Positions 62,382 through 64,000 of a stretch of DNA of 64,000 bases are shown piece after piece. The stretch's first letter is position 1. Each line of letters opens with the position of its first letter. A program made the position numbers and the translations under genes. The notes below the pieces were generated by a model. The model saw only the letters and a list, made by a program, of their open reading frames with translations. It searched no databases and was not told where the DNA came from. This DNA comes from Paecilomyces variotii. Lineage: Eukaryota. The stretch is taken from assembly GCA_004022145.1 (NCBI GenBank), contig RCNU01000006.1. One strand, given 5' to 3'.

Positions 62382-64000
62382 ATTCTTTGTGCGTAGGTTG
62401 CTCCTTCCTGGGAGAGATTGCTTTATCAGACTGATCACCGAGGACATCCTTAAGGCTTCCTTCATATTAGTACGAGGTCGCTTCTCCTTTATATGTATAT
62501 GTCCCTGTCATATTGGGCATCTGTAGCTTGATTGCATAGGATGTAAGCAAAAGTGCAACTCCACAGCGTGACTGTAGCCAAGCACATCATGGGGCACCTG
62601 GGGATTGATCCTTGCCGTACAGAGTAGCATTTGTCGATGTCGCATCATAAAAAGGAGAGAGTGTATATCCTGTCACCATCCAAAGAAAGACTGTGTAAAA
62701 GAATGGACGGACGATCGATTCATTGTTTGTCCAATTGCCAACAAGAACTCTTATGTTTCGAAAGAACCACGGGGCCACCCCGGTCAACTGCATCGGTCAG
62801 TGCTGATTCCTGACAACTGTCCAGAGGAGGGCAACCTTACAGTGATCGTTCCAGATTCACCGCCTGATAAATCGCGCAATTCACATGGTACAGATTTTCT
62901 GCTACGATGTACCAAAAGATGGCATAACGACATGTCTTTAGTAGGTAGGTAGACATTTACAATCACTTCAAACATAAACAAGTTGGGGAATTTCATTGTT
63001 TGGAAAATGGTCTCACATTCTAGTTCTTTGTGCACTAAACCATTTCGAACAATGGAATGTAGCGTGTTTTGGTATCAGACAAGGCTTTTTCCCGAACTAT
63101 GGATAATCAGGTGAGACAACGCTTAGGGTTTCGGGTACTTTGATCCTCGATGGCTTGGTAATGTTATTCTAGGTAGCATGTTAACATATGGAAGTACTGG
63201 ATCAAGTATCCGGGTCGATTTCTGAGATATCTTATTACTAGTTACGTGGACCTTGGAGGTCATGCGAAGTCAAAGTCCCCTTGGCCCGGCACCATGTGGT
63301 TGGTTTAAAGGCCGTTAGGCCCGATCTCATGTTTTAACTCTAACCCCGGAATCCAAGCCATAGATCGTGCATGGCTCTCTCGGGAACGCCGTCCATGCGG
63401 CGATGTCAGCAGACAGCCTTACTGTCGTCAACTGGCGCTTCAGTAGTATATGATTGGAGATCTTATTGTCGACAGGGACCCAAACCTCCTCCAGTAGATA
63501 TGCTTACCTCGATAAACCCTAAGCGCGCAGCCCTGTATTCTAAGTCATGCTCTACTTCAGATGCTACGCTCACACATTTTTAACGCGCAAAAGGTTTCCA
63601 TCAGACGAGCACCCCCAGAATTTGGTTATCCCGCGGCTTCAAGTAAGCATTGCATCCACTATGCAACATATGTTGAGAAGAATAGCCTGTGACCGAAACA
63701 TCATCTGGACTCTACAGACGGACCATAGAACACCATCCACAGGTTATTTACCTTGAAGATGTTTTCCCATTTCATCGGTTTGCATGGGTCAGAGCGCCAT
63801 CCCCATATATGTGGATCATGACCGTCAGTTTTAGAAGATGAACATCTGTAAGCCAGAACCACAGATGGATACTAGATGAATTGAACGAATCTTAATATAT
63901 CCGGTTTCCGTCAACCAACCGTGTCGTGCGCTATCGCCGGTGAGATTGGTAACCCGGACTAGGTACTATATTGGTGGAGCCAGTCGTGCGGTTTGATGCG

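Noticed and set aside
62587-64000. Short ORFs upstream of the GH71 gene
   Set aside because: I see no recognisable motifs or consistent exon structure, so no gene call can be supported.

Overview
Gene-dense genomic DNA from a filamentous ascomycete; the short GT-AG introns with CTRAY branch sites and the protein content point to Eurotiales (Aspergillus/Paecilomyces-like). From 1 to ~47.3 kb there is a housekeeping block: RNase H2A, Pex16, Sae2/CtIP, an F-box/WD protein, a Byr3/Gis2 zinc-knuckle protein, SelO, an aldo-keto reductase, an Ebp1/AFF4-like protein, a CTL transporter, a Rab2-like GTPase, Pmt2, an MFS sugar porter, a mitochondrial carrier, Spt16, an M43 metalloprotease and Cdc50. This block is interrupted at ~32.7-38 kb by an accessory 'immunity' island: a HET-domain gene head-to-head with an unknown membrane-protein gene, plus a frameshifted NLR-type TPR relic. 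From ~47.3 kb onward the content is accessory: an intact HeLo-like-NACHT-ankyrin NLR, a TauD dioxygenase/SLC10A7-like transporter/Zn2Cys6 triad and a GH71 alpha-1,3-glucanase. The most striking signal is in the MFS sugar porter gene. It has a 155-codon, protein-like, in-frame open extension upstream of its first ATG, and ~890 nt upstream contain no sense-strand ATG, which suggests non-AUG initiation. Also notable is an over-long, structured first intron in the Byr3/Gis2 gene that may carry a stop-containing cassette exon. All calls come from reading the sequence by eye; no searches were run.
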